Origin: a bacterium
GTDB taxonomy: Bacteria; Planctomycetota; Planctomycetia; Pirellulales; Pirellulaceae
Direction: 5' to 3'
NCBI GenBank assembly: GCA_016124445.1
Contig: WGNR01000013.1
Span: 35,460 to 99,459 of the forward strand
DNA length: 64,000 nt
Below the pieces are notes generated by a model. It had not been told where the DNA came from, ran no database searches, and saw only the letters and a list, made by a program, of their open reading frames with translations. Positions 38,192 through 47,101 of the stretch are shown here, piece after piece. Position 1 is the stretch's first letter; every line of letters begins with the position of its first letter. The position numbers and the translations under genes were made by a program.

Positions 38192-39097
38192 TTACCAGGT
38201 ATTAGTTCGCTCATTTCCCGGTTGGATTGATAGAAACAACTGCTCCGCGGCAAATTTTCTAAAAGCGGCCGCGACAACTCCCGGCAAGTCCTCCGGCTCT
38301 CCAACTTCGACCATGGCGTTTTCAACCGCATCGCCAACCCGCAGCCCGCCTTCCAAACGTGCGAGAACATGGTATTCGAAGCGGGTTAATGGAATTCGGC
38401 GAACCACATACTCTCTTCGCGATAGCGCCAGCCACGACGGCTGAAACTCCGGGATCTCTGCATCCGGGCTCTGTTTTGCTTGGGTAATAAAGTCGTTGAT
38501 CGGAAATGGAAACGAGTGCAGCCGCAAGCATGGCACTGTCTTGAGCCGAGACTCCCAGAATACCTCAGGCGACATCCCTTCGAGCGTCTGCGGCGACACG
38601 GCCGCTTGCCTCTCGAAGCCTGGGCCGTCGAAGACCTCGTCGATGCTCCGCTCGACAACCGCCAGGCCGACCAGGAACTCTTCGAAGGCGAGCGTATCGG
38701 TTCCGTAGTTAGGGCTGGTCTTCTCGAGGAAATCTGGGAAGTGATCTCCCAGGCGATTCAGCGTGTACGATGTCGATGGATATTGCTGCAAATAGGAGAC
38801 GGCAAATTCATAGAACAACTCGTCACCGACAGTCTGGGCGAAGATCGGGAAGATCGACTTCAAGCATTCGACCAGCCGGGCATGGTAGGCGTTGGCATAA
38901 ACTTCCAGCCGCTCAACGCTGGTCCGCTTCTCGCTACGAGTGACGACCGATTCGACGTTGGCGACTTCGACGTCGATATGCTGCCTGGCTGCTGACGAAT
39001 CGATTCCATTGGCAACACCACCTACATGCGTGATGACGGCCTGCATCCATTTCTGAAGAACCGGCAGATCGGCTCGGTGGGACTTCGACGAGGCCAT
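38192..39097 (-). CDS. DUF2063-type MNIO partner protein (BufC/HvfC-like)
   Basis: LQKWMQAVI, ERLEVYANAYHARLVECL...FP, YPS.S.TL..LG..FP.FL; starts 4 nt after the MNIO stop. Confidence 0.85.
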   Translation of the reverse strand: MASSKSHRADLPVLQKWMQAVITHVGGVANGIDSSAARQHIDVEVANVESVVTRSEKRTSVERLEVYANAYHARLVECLKSIFPIFAQTVGDELFYEFAVSYLQQYPSTSYTLNRLGDHFPDFLEKTSPNYGTDTLAFEEFLVGLAVVERSIDEVFDGPGFERQAAVSPQTLEGMSPEVFWESRLKTVPCLRLHSFPFPINDFITQAKQSPDAEIPEFQPSWLALSRREYVVRRIPLTRFEYHVLARLEGGLRVGDAVENAMVEVGEPEDLPGVVAAAFRKFAAEQLFLSIQPGNERTNTW

Positions 39098-39101
39098 GCG
39101 A

Positions 39102-40013
39102 CTAGCTCACCTCGTGCTCGATGCGATGTGCTGGGTGCGGAACTTGGCTTCCGTTGCTCTTTTCATCAGCCGTCGGAGCAATCGGTTGCCCCTCGATGAG
39201 TTTCTTTGCCTTGAGCACTTCCGCGTGCAGCGTATTGAAGTCAGGGATATTCGCGTCCCATTCAAGCAGCGTCGAAACGCCCCCCGTTCGCTGATGCGCC
39301 AGGCAGAACAACTTCCAAACCGGATCGATCACGTGACCATCGTGCGTATCGATGCAGTAATCGCCCATGTTGGTGTGCCCCGCCAAGTGAAACTGCACGA
39401 TGCTTTCCCATGGCAGGCCTTCGATGTAACGAGCCGGATCGAAATCGTGATTCACGGCCGAAACGTAAACGTTGTTCACATCCAGCAGAAGGCCACAGCC
39501 AGTTTCCTGAGTGAGGGCCGTGAGAAACTCCCATTCGGTCATCGTCGATGCGGCAAAGGTCACATAGCTGCTAGGGTCTTCCAAGACGAGCGGCCGCTCG
39601 AGAAAGTCTTGCACCTGGACAACCCGCTGCGCAACGTATTTCAGCGTTTCTTCGTTATACGGAATCGGCAGCAGGTCATGCGTATTTTTGCCGGCGACCC
39701 CGGTCCAACAGACATGGTCCGAAATCCACCGGGCATTAATCGCCGCAGAAAGCGTTTTGAGCTTGTTCAGATACTCGAAATCGAGCGGATCGGTGCTGCC
39801 GATCGAAAGCGATACGCCATGCATGACAATCGGGTATCGCTCGGCAATTTGATCCAGGACATGTCGCGGTCGCCCCTGGGAGTCGATGTAGTTCTCGGAA
39901 ATGATCTCGAACCAATCGACCGCCGGCCAGTTTTCGAGAATGTAATTGAAATGGGGATGGCGCAGACCAACTCCCAGTCCAAGATTCTCGTAGCCAAGAC
40001 GCGGCTCTGGCAT
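39102..40013 (-). CDS. DUF692 multinuclear non-heme iron oxidase (MNIO)
   Basis: GVGLR.PH, WFEIISENY, HGVSLSIGS, SDHVCW, HDLLP, LLLDVNNVYV, HLAGH, IDTHD, TLLEWD. GGAGG RBS precedes ATG 40013. Confidence 0.95.
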   Translation of the reverse strand: MPEPRLGYENLGLGVGLRHPHFNYILENWPAVDWFEIISENYIDSQGRPRHVLDQIAERYPIVMHGVSLSIGSTDPLDFEYLNKLKTLSAAINARWISDHVCWTGVAGKNTHDLLPIPYNEETLKYVAQRVVQVQDFLERPLVLEDPSSYVTFAASTMTEWEFLTALTQETGCGLLLDVNNVYVSAVNHDFDPARYIEGLPWESIVQFHLAGHTNMGDYCIDTHDGHVIDPVWKLFCLAHQRTGGVSTLLEWDANIPDFNTLHAEVLKAKKLIEGQPIAPTADEKSNGSQVPHPAHRIEHEVS

Positions 40014-40047
40014 CAAGCGGCCTCCACCATCGCACAAAGAAGCCGAA

Positions 40048-40512
40048 TTAGGATTCGACCTTAGGAGCAGGCTTCAGTTCGACCCCCTTCTCTTTCATCT
40101 TCTTGGCGAACAGTTCGCGCGCCTTGTCCCACATCTTGCCTTCGATCGGAACGGCGCAGTGGCCTTTGGTGGCACATTCATTCGCCCCAGGGGTATCGCC
40201 GCAGCCCCCTTGTCCTTTGCATTCGTTCATTCCGCCACATGCGTGATGAGCGATGGTGGCGCAGTTGCCGGCACCGGCACACTCGTTGGCGCCTTTGACC
40301 CCTTGCCCCTTGCATTCATTCAAACCGCGGCAAGCATGCTTGGCGACGGCAGAAGTCGTATCGCCATCGTTGTTCCCGTCTGAGGTCTCGTTAGCGTCCG
40401 GCTTGGGCTTGCCTTCGGAACTGCAACCTAAAGCACCAATCGACACCATGCCCCCCAAGGCTGCGGCGGAAAGCTTGTTGAAGTCACGTCGAGAGTATTC
40501 TTTGGAAGCCAT
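40048..40512 (-). CDS. Cys-rich MNIO precursor protein with Tat signal and lipobox
   Basis: SRRDF twin-arginine motif; ALGC lipobox; two HACxGxNECKGQG and two GANECA units (9 core Cys); AGGAG RBS. Confidence 0.85.
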   Translation of the reverse strand: MASKEYSRRDFNKLSAAALGGMVSIGALGCSSEGKPKPDANETSDGNNDGDTTSAVAKHACRGLNECKGQGVKGANECAGAGNCATIAHHACGGMNECKGQGGCGDTPGANECATKGHCAVPIEGKMWDKARELFAKKMKEKGVELKPAPKVES

Positions 40513-40602
40513 AGCCGGTATCTCCTGATCGAGTGAAGTAGGGTGTGTCGCTCGACAATTCTAGCCGATTTACGAGGCGAAGTCCGGTAACGCAGGGCAC
40601 GT

Positions 40603-41850
40603 TTAGCCAAAGAATTCGACCGCCGCGTGCACCGCGTCGGAAAGCTTTTCGACCTCTTCCCGCGTGTTGTAAAGGTAGAAACTGGCTCGCACACTCGCGC
40701 TGATTCCCAGCTTTTTATGCAGCGGCAACGTGCAATGGTGCCCTTCGCGAACCGCGACACCTCGTCCGTCGAGAAACGTTGCCACGTCGCTCGCCGCCAG
40801 ACCGTCGACCACGAAACTGACAATTCCTGCCTTGGCGGTAACCTCGGGGCCAAGAATCCGCAGACCTTTTACGTCAGACAGAAGTTCGTGCGCGTAAGCC
40901 GCGAGCGACTGTTCGTGCTGCAAAATACGTTCTAGCCCGACCTCTTCCAGGTACTCAATCGCCGGGGTCATCGCAATTGCATCGGCAATTGGTGGCGTGC
41001 CTGCCTCGAACTTGGCAGGCAGCATCGCTGGGGTGAAGCGATCGATTTCGACCATGTCGATCATGCTTCCACCACCTAAAAACGGGGGCATTTCGTCGAG
41101 TAATATCTCTTTACCATACAAAACGCCGACTCCTGATGGCCCCAGCATTTTATGACCGCTGAAGGCAACGAAATCGGCGTCCCATAGACCGACGTCGATT
41201 GCTTCGTGCGGAACGGCCTGGGCGGCATCAACCAGCACTTTGGCTCCTGCTGCGTGGGCCGCGGTGATGATTTGGCCGACCGGGTTGATGGTGCCCAATA
41301 CATTCGAGACCGCCGTGACCGCCACCAACTTGGTTCGTTCGGTCAACAGTTTCGGCAGAAAATCGAGATCAAGCTGGCCATCTTTGGTGATTGGGATCGC
41401 TCGAATCGTAGCCCCGGTCCGCTCGGCCAGTTGATGCCAGGGAACCAGGTTCGAGTGATGTTCCATCTCGGTCAGCAGGATCTCGTCCCCTTTTTTTAGG
41501 TTCGAGTCCCCCCAACTTCTGGCAACCAGGTTAATGCCCATCGTGGTGCCGCTGGTGAAGATGACTTCGTTTTCCGAAGCCGCTCCGATGAACTGCCGTA
41601 CGGCACGCCTGGCAACCTCGAACAGATCGGTCGATTCGCCGCTCAGCCGATGTGCTCCGCGATGAACGTTGGCGTAATGCTTGGCATAGACGTCACTTAG
41701 ACAATCGATCACCGATTTGGGACGCTGGCTGCTGGCCCCGTTGTCGAGATAGACCAGCGGATGCTGCTCGTCATCAACTTGGTGCAAGATTGGGAAATCG
41801 GCCCGGATTTGGGCGACGTCTAGCGGGGATTCCACGTTGGAAGTGGTCAT
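40603..41850 (-). CDS. sufS: Cysteine desulfurase, SufS/CsdA class
   Basis: YLDNGASSQ, ANVHRG, MEHHSN, FSGHKM, FEAGTP, REGHHC, RASFYLYN. Start set at ATG 41850. Confidence 0.92.
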   Translation of the reverse strand: MTTSNVESPLDVAQIRADFPILHQVDDEQHPLVYLDNGASSQRPKSVIDCLSDVYAKHYANVHRGAHRLSGESTDLFEVARRAVRQFIGAASENEVIFTSGTTMGINLVARSWGDSNLKKGDEILLTEMEHHSNLVPWHQLAERTGATIRAIPITKDGQLDLDFLPKLLTERTKLVAVTAVSNVLGTINPVGQIITAAHAAGAKVLVDAAQAVPHEAIDVGLWDADFVAFSGHKMLGPSGVGVLYGKEILLDEMPPFLGGGSMIDMVEIDRFTPAMLPAKFEAGTPPIADAIAMTPAIEYLEEVGLERILQHEQSLAAYAHELLSDVKGLRILGPEVTAKAGIVSFVVDGLAASDVATFLDGRGVAVREGHHCTLPLHKKLGISASVRASFYLYNTREEVEKLSDAVHAAVEFFG

Positions 41851-41966
41851 TAGGCAAAGGTTCTGTTGAGGCCCGGATAGCCCCCAGCGTGGTGGCAGGC
41901 TATTTTTCACATACTTAGGTTAGTTTATTCCTCAGGACCACATCGGACAACGAGCGGTTCGGCCCC

Positions 41967-42971
41967 TTACTTCAATCGCCAGAACATTTCCCACGGAATC
42001 TTGAGCTCAGCACGTTGTCTTTCGGTATCGATCGCAAATCGTGCCGCATCGACCGGGTAGCCGGCAGTTTCCTGGATCCCTGGGATATGCTTTGCCCAAA
42101 ACTGATTGATCGCCAACATGGCAACCTCACGGTGAAACTTTGCATAGATCGAGGCCAACGCGGTCGGCAGGAATCCTTCTCCCTTCGAGCGAAACTCGAT
42201 GGTGATTTCGTGCGAGTCAACATCCGCCTCGTAGCGGCTCACCGAGCGAGATTCCTCTTGAATCTGCCACCACGCATCGGGAAAGAAGTGCTGCAGCAGC
42301 CCAGCGTAGTAATCTCGCCCGCCATGCTTATCGCACACGATACGAACCGCTTGAGTTGGCTCGGTCGGAATCGATTGCAGCAGCCGACGCACCAGGCCAA
42401 GCGAAGCGTGCGACAGAACAGTGCTCTTATTCCCAATTGCCGATAGCCGCTCGTTGAACCGGGCTTCGGTCAGAAAAACGACGCAGACATCGACTAACCT
42501 CACTGAGTCGGCTTCGCAGGCCGCCGTAAATCGTTCCTGCTGCTCGGCAATGCGTTCGGAGGAAGCATGCCGCGGCGAGGCATGCTTCCGTTGGTGATAC
42601 CAGGGAGCATGTTTTGTACGCGGCTGGTCGGTTAGGTCAGGCTCGCAAACCGCTTGCCAAATCGGAATGACCGACTTCAGATGGCTGCCGGTTGCCAGGA
42701 CTGCTTCTTCCAACAGCGAAAGATCGTTCCGTTTGCCGTAAATCACTTTGGAATCGGCTATCGCCAGCCGATCTGATTTCGGCTTACGAGCGACCGCATC
42801 GCCGAGGTGATCGTACAGATCGACCTGGGCCAGATCGTCATGCGAATCGTCGATTTGCCAGAGAGTGCCAGCGATGACCAGCGGCCCCAGGTTAGGGCCA
42901 TAGCCAGCTTCGTCGACTCCAAGGAGAAATGCCACAGCGATTGCCGATTGCGGATAGTGATTGAAATCCAA
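41967..42971 (-). CDS. Divergent RNase HII-like protein
   Basis: GVDEAGYGPNLGPLV, ADSK, CDKHGGR, ALASIYAK..RE, GYP. Confidence 0.7.
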   Translation of the reverse strand: MDFNHYPQSAIAVAFLLGVDEAGYGPNLGPLVIAGTLWQIDDSHDDLAQVDLYDHLGDAVARKPKSDRLAIADSKVIYGKRNDLSLLEEAVLATGSHLKSVIPIWQAVCEPDLTDQPRTKHAPWYHQRKHASPRHASSERIAEQQERFTAACEADSVRLVDVCVVFLTEARFNERLSAIGNKSTVLSHASLGLVRRLLQSIPTEPTQAVRIVCDKHGGRDYYAGLLQHFFPDAWWQIQEESRSVSRYEADVDSHEITIEFRSKGEGFLPTALASIYAKFHREVAMLAINQFWAKHIPGIQETAGYPVDAARFAIDTERQRAELKIPWEMFWRLK

Positions 42972-42992
42972 TTCGCTCGGTTCTAGGCCGTT

Positions 42993-45900
42993 TTACTGAA
43001 ATTGCAAGAGGCCGAAGTCTTTTGGAGACAATTCAAAGCGGGGACAAGAGGGCCAGGTCTGGGTTCCTTCACCAATCACGATCCGCTCGGCAGCCATGCC
43101 CCAGGCATCGCCTGGGTGGACCGGATCGGCGGAAAGTTCCGAGAGAGGAATCGCCGCTTCGACGGTCCATGATTTGGCATCTTGCCGGGCCGCCACAAAC
43201 CACTTCGGATTCCAGGCCACGTTACCGGCCAGGCTATCGGCCGAGAGCCCGCGATAGTCGACCGCCAGCTGGTAGGCGGTCGCGTAGTCGCGATCAAGAT
43301 CGAGGTAAATACAGACGCGATCACTCTGCTCGAGGTCGGCATCTCGCGTGCGAGGCTCGTCGTTAGGGGCCTGATACAGAAAGCCTTTCGACTTCATGCA
43401 ACGGACGGCCAAGTAAAGGAAATCTTGATCGAAGCCAACCATTATCGCCGCAGGAGCTGCGCCTTTGGGAACCGATGTCGTTCCGGCCAGCAAGTCTTGT
43501 GGCTTGCCGGTTTGCCAGATGTGATCGTCCAGCAGACCGTCCAGCACCGGCTTGGCTTCGTCATAGTTGGCCGCGACTATCGGAGCATCGACTCGGGCAT
43601 TACTGCGACCGAGGACCAACTCCCACTGCGCTCGGCGACACCAGGGATCGTCTTGGCCCAGGTTCAGTAGCCGGCGAAGGTACGATTCGCCCTGACGCGA
43701 ATTCCCCTGATCGGCGAGCAATCGCTCCAGCACAAACGCCAACGACGGATCGGCCAATGCCTGGGGCATGGTTTGATTCAACTTCGTGATCAACTCGCCA
43801 GCGCGGTTTGTGGCTTTGGTCGGTTTGGTATAGTTCCGCGGATCGTTGAACGAAACGGTCGCGACTTCCTCTTCCGATTCGCCGGTCGGCGGAGCCTCTT
43901 CGCTGGGAGCGGTCGGCGCGGCAAACTCGACGTTGCTGCGGTTTAGGTAACGAATCTCTTTGCTGGCGTAATAGGCCAAGAGCCACGCCGCTGATTTTTC
44001 GGCCAGCACATGCCCTGAAAACTTCTCGATGACTTGATGATGCATATCGGCGGCCAACGTCAGGTTGCCGCTTTGATTCGCCTTGCTGGCCAAATGCGAA
44101 AGCACTTCGACGCTCCGTTCTGGCGGAAGTTCTTTCGATAGTTCCAGCATCTGCCCCAACATCAACGCGTTCTGTTGATCGTTCTCGACCGCGTGGTTGA
44201 TCATGCCCAGCAGGTTGCGGCGTTTTTGCGCGGTTCGCTGCAGTTTGGCCAGATCGACCAGCATCATTTGCTGCGGGTCACGCCGGGCCTCTTCGCCAGC
44301 GGGGATCGAAAGCCCAGAGAACAAGTTGGACAAACGGTTCTCCAGCAGGCCGGTCGTTTGCAGGACCTTCATTTCGATGGTTGCAGGACCGTCGGTCAAT
44401 GCGCCGGTCGCGATCCCGCGGCTGATGCTCGCATGCTCGGAAAGAGACATCGCCAACTGGGGCGAAATCTGCGTGCTATTGAGTGTGATCGGTCCGTTTT
44501 GACCTTCCGGAACCACGCTGCAAACGCGCGATACACGCCAGGTTTGCAGGCCCAATTCCGAGAGATGTTCGGGGTAGGCTTGGGAATCATTTGCCTTTTC
44601 AATCGCTCGCAAGACAACCTGATTCACCAGGTAGGAAAGGGGCTGTTTGCCGGTTGGATCGGCGTAGTCAGTCAGCACAACCGACGGTCGCCATTGGCGA
44701 ATTCGCTGCACCAGGTATTTTTCCATCGCGGCGAGTCCCTGACCGTCGTTCGCTTCGTCCCAGCCGGCGATCATCTGTTTTCCGCTGAGCATCAGCCGAG
44801 CATCGTCGGCCGGGAATTGCCAGGCCGTATGGCCGATATCGCCGCCGCTGTGCACTACGGCGTCATGCAGCGGTGGCCGCGGCAAATCGGTTTGCTGCCT
44901 CGGTCGATTGATGATCTCCATCCCGGTCAAATAGCCTTGGGCGCCGGCATGATGGCTGATCAATTCGTACGGAATAATGTTCGGATCGTGAAAGATCCCC
45001 AGCAGGGCGAGCCGCTCGCCACCTTTGCGCTGCACCACCCAGGTTTGGCCGCCATCGGTGGTATGCAGAATGGTTCCCAAGGCTCCGATCGCCCAGCCAC
45101 TGCTTTCGTTTTGAAAAAAGATTGCCCGGATGGTTGCCGTGGTTGGCAATCTCTCGACCGACCACGACTCTCCGCCATCCTTCGAGTGCAGCAGGAAACT
45201 GCCTGGGTTCCCCCCGATCCAAATCTCGTCGCCGAGCCGTTCGACCGCGTAAAAATCAACCTGGCGATCGGTCTGCCGCAGCGGATCGGCGGCGTTGATC
45301 TCCCACGACGATCCGGCATCTTGCGACTGCAGGATCAGGCCTCCTTCGCCAACAGCGGTAGCATTCTGCCGACCAGCAACGACGATGTCTTGCATGTCTC
45401 GAAGTGGATCGACCTGAATGGTTGGCTTGCGAATTCCTCCGCGATCCGCCAGAGACAGGGTGCCGCCGACGCCTGCTAAAAGAAGCTCGCCATTGGTGAG
45501 CGCCGCGAATTTTTGAAAGCGAATGTTTTGTACGCCAGGCAAGCTGCGCCAGCTCCGACCGCCATCGGTCGTTTCGAACAGGCCGCTGGGAAAGACATTC
45601 GATCCTTGCCCGACCGCCCAGCCGTGACGGGCATCCTCGAAGGACACGTCGGCCAGCTTCGGCAGCATCTGGTCAGGCATCTTTTCCCACGAGACACCGC
45701 CGTCGGCTGTTCGCAGCACGACGCCGGTCGATTGATCACTGTAAGGCTGCTGATAGCCCCCGACAGCCCAGCCATGCTGAAGATCGGCGAAATGTATGCT
45801 CTCCAAATGGGCGTCGGTTCCCGAAGGGGCTTGCTCCCAGGTTTTGCCACTGTCTTTGGTATGCCAGATGGTGCCATGGTCACCAACGGCAATGCCGTGG

Positions 45901-46079
45901 CGGTCGTCAACGAACGTCAAATCATTGAGGGTGGCATCCCCGTACCAGGTATTGGGGACGTCGGCCTGGACTGGGGACGACGTGAGCCCAGCTGCTAGCA
46001 CGGCGAAAAGGCCGACAGCAATTGCCAGCCGAATCGAGCGACCGAAGGCTGGAATGAATCCGTTCATTCGCAAAACCAC
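42993..46079 (-). CDS. Secreted multidomain protein: YCF48-like Asp-box propeller + LmbE-like domain + helical region + CBM9-like domain
   Basis: Repeated T.DGG.SW Asp boxes and GWAVG; LVQRIRQWRPSVVLT; PVLDGLLDD.IW...LYLAV...WTVEAAIPL. Confidence 0.75.
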   Translation of the reverse strand: MVLRMNGFIPAFGRSIRLAIAVGLFAVLAAGLTSSPVQADVPNTWYGDATLNDLTFVDDRHGIAVGDHGTIWHTKDSGKTWEQAPSGTDAHLESIHFADLQHGWAVGGYQQPYSDQSTGVVLRTADGGVSWEKMPDQMLPKLADVSFEDARHGWAVGQGSNVFPSGLFETTDGGRSWRSLPGVQNIRFQKFAALTNGELLLAGVGGTLSLADRGGIRKPTIQVDPLRDMQDIVVAGRQNATAVGEGGLILQSQDAGSSWEINAADPLRQTDRQVDFYAVERLGDEIWIGGNPGSFLLHSKDGGESWSVERLPTTATIRAIFFQNESSGWAIGALGTILHTTDGGQTWVVQRKGGERLALLGIFHDPNIIPYELISHHAGAQGYLTGMEIINRPRQQTDLPRPPLHDAVVHSGGDIGHTAWQFPADDARLMLSGKQMIAGWDEANDGQGLAAMEKYLVQRIRQWRPSVVLTDYADPTGKQPLSYLVNQVVLRAIEKANDSQAYPEHLSELGLQTWRVSRVCSVVPEGQNGPITLNSTQISPQLAMSLSEHASISRGIATGALTDGPATIEMKVLQTTGLLENRLSNLFSGLSIPAGEEARRDPQQMMLVDLAKLQRTAQKRRNLLGMINHAVENDQQNALMLGQMLELSKELPPERSVEVLSHLASKANQSGNLTLAADMHHQVIEKFSGHVLAEKSAAWLLAYYASKEIRYLNRSNVEFAAPTAPSEEAPPTGESEEEVATVSFNDPRNYTKPTKATNRAGELITKLNQTMPQALADPSLAFVLERLLADQGNSRQGESYLRRLLNLGQDDPWCRRAQWELVLGRSNARVDAPIVAANYDEAKPVLDGLLDDHIWQTGKPQDLLAGTTSVPKGAAPAAIMVGFDQDFLYLAVRCMKSKGFLYQAPNDEPRTRDADLEQSDRVCIYLDLDRDYATAYQLAVDYRGLSADSLAGNVAWNPKWFVAARQDAKSWTVEAAIPLSELSADPVHPGDAWGMAAERIVIGEGTQTWPSCPRFELSPKDFGLLQFQ

Positions 46080-46242
46080 GACACAAAGAGGAGGGGAATG
46101 GTTGGGTTATTGGGAGGGAATCTTAGAAGAATTCGCAATACCGTGCCAATCCGGTTCGTCCGACTTTAAGGAATTCTCGCGAACCATTCCGCAAAAAGGG
46201 CGATAAACAGGGAATGCGTTACATCTTTGTGGGGATAAGCCA

Positions 46243-47022
46243 ATGATGCCGAGATTCGAGATCGCCGCAGGCCTGATGGTTCTTGGCACCTTGATGCTAG
46301 CTCCGACCAATCTATCGGCCGCCCCTCAAGCCGAATTCGAGAAGTTGCTTTCCCCCATTCTTGAGCAAGCAGTCCGTCGATCCCTGCCGACTACCTTCAG
46401 AGACGAATCGGACTGGAACCAGACCCACGAGTTCACCAAGCGGCTCAAATTTCGTGGCAAGTGGAATCATCTGAAGCTCGAGCGAGTCCGCGAGGCGGAA
46501 AACCATGGCGACTGGGTCCGCTACTTCGGAAACATCGAAGACCCCCAGCAAGACGTTCAGATCTGGATTGAGAATCTGAAGGTCGACTCGGTGCATTCAA
46601 CCTGCCAGATCCATGCTCGCGTCAAGTTTCAAGGAACGGCCGAATACCAACAGTGGCTGCGCGGGGTAAAGCTTCTGGGCGTGAGCATCGTCGCGGAAGG
46701 GACCGTCAAGATTCGGCTCGATGTCGAGCTCGATAGCCACTGGGATACCTCACGACTGGTCACTTCGGCCGAGTTCACTCCGAAGGTGGTTGGCGGTCAA
46801 ATCGATCTCGAGCGGTTCTATGTTCACCGCATCGGCAAAGCCCATGGCGAAGTTGCCGAGCAGATCGGCGAGCAACTGGAAGGCACGCTGGCCAAAAAGC
46901 TTTCGCAGAAGCAAGACAAGCTCGTCCGCGAAGCGAACAAGGCAATCGCCAAGGAACTGGAAGACGGCAAAGTCAAAGTCGACCTGATCCAGTTCCTGCG
47001 AAAGAAGCTGACCGGTAAGTAG
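46243..47022 (+). CDS. Secreted hypothetical protein
   Basis: 259-aa ORF with an N-terminal signal peptide; fills the gap between divergent genes. Confidence 0.7.
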   Translation: MMPRFEIAAGLMVLGTLMLAPTNLSAAPQAEFEKLLSPILEQAVRRSLPTTFRDESDWNQTHEFTKRLKFRGKWNHLKLERVREAENHGDWVRYFGNIEDPQQDVQIWIENLKVDSVHSTCQIHARVKFQGTAEYQQWLRGVKLLGVSIVAEGTVKIRLDVELDSHWDTSRLVTSAEFTPKVVGGQIDLERFYVHRIGKAHGEVAEQIGEQLEGTLAKKLSQKQDKLVREANKAIAKELEDGKVKVDLIQFLRKKLTGK

Positions 47023-47101
47023 GCCTCTATCTAATGGCACCGCTTTATGTCGCCGCTCGAAGCGTGATAATGGAGGCTTACCATTTTTTAGAAAGCCTTC
47101 G

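Noticed and set aside
40048-40512. Selenocysteine recoding in the Cys-rich precursor
   Set aside because: There is no in-frame TGA; the ORF reads through with Cys codons to a TAA stop.
41490-41515. GGTTCGAGTCCC resembling a tRNA T-arm, next to an A7 slippery-like run on the minus strand
   Set aside because: It lies inside the intact sufS frame. There is no cloverleaf, and nothing indicates a frameshift product.
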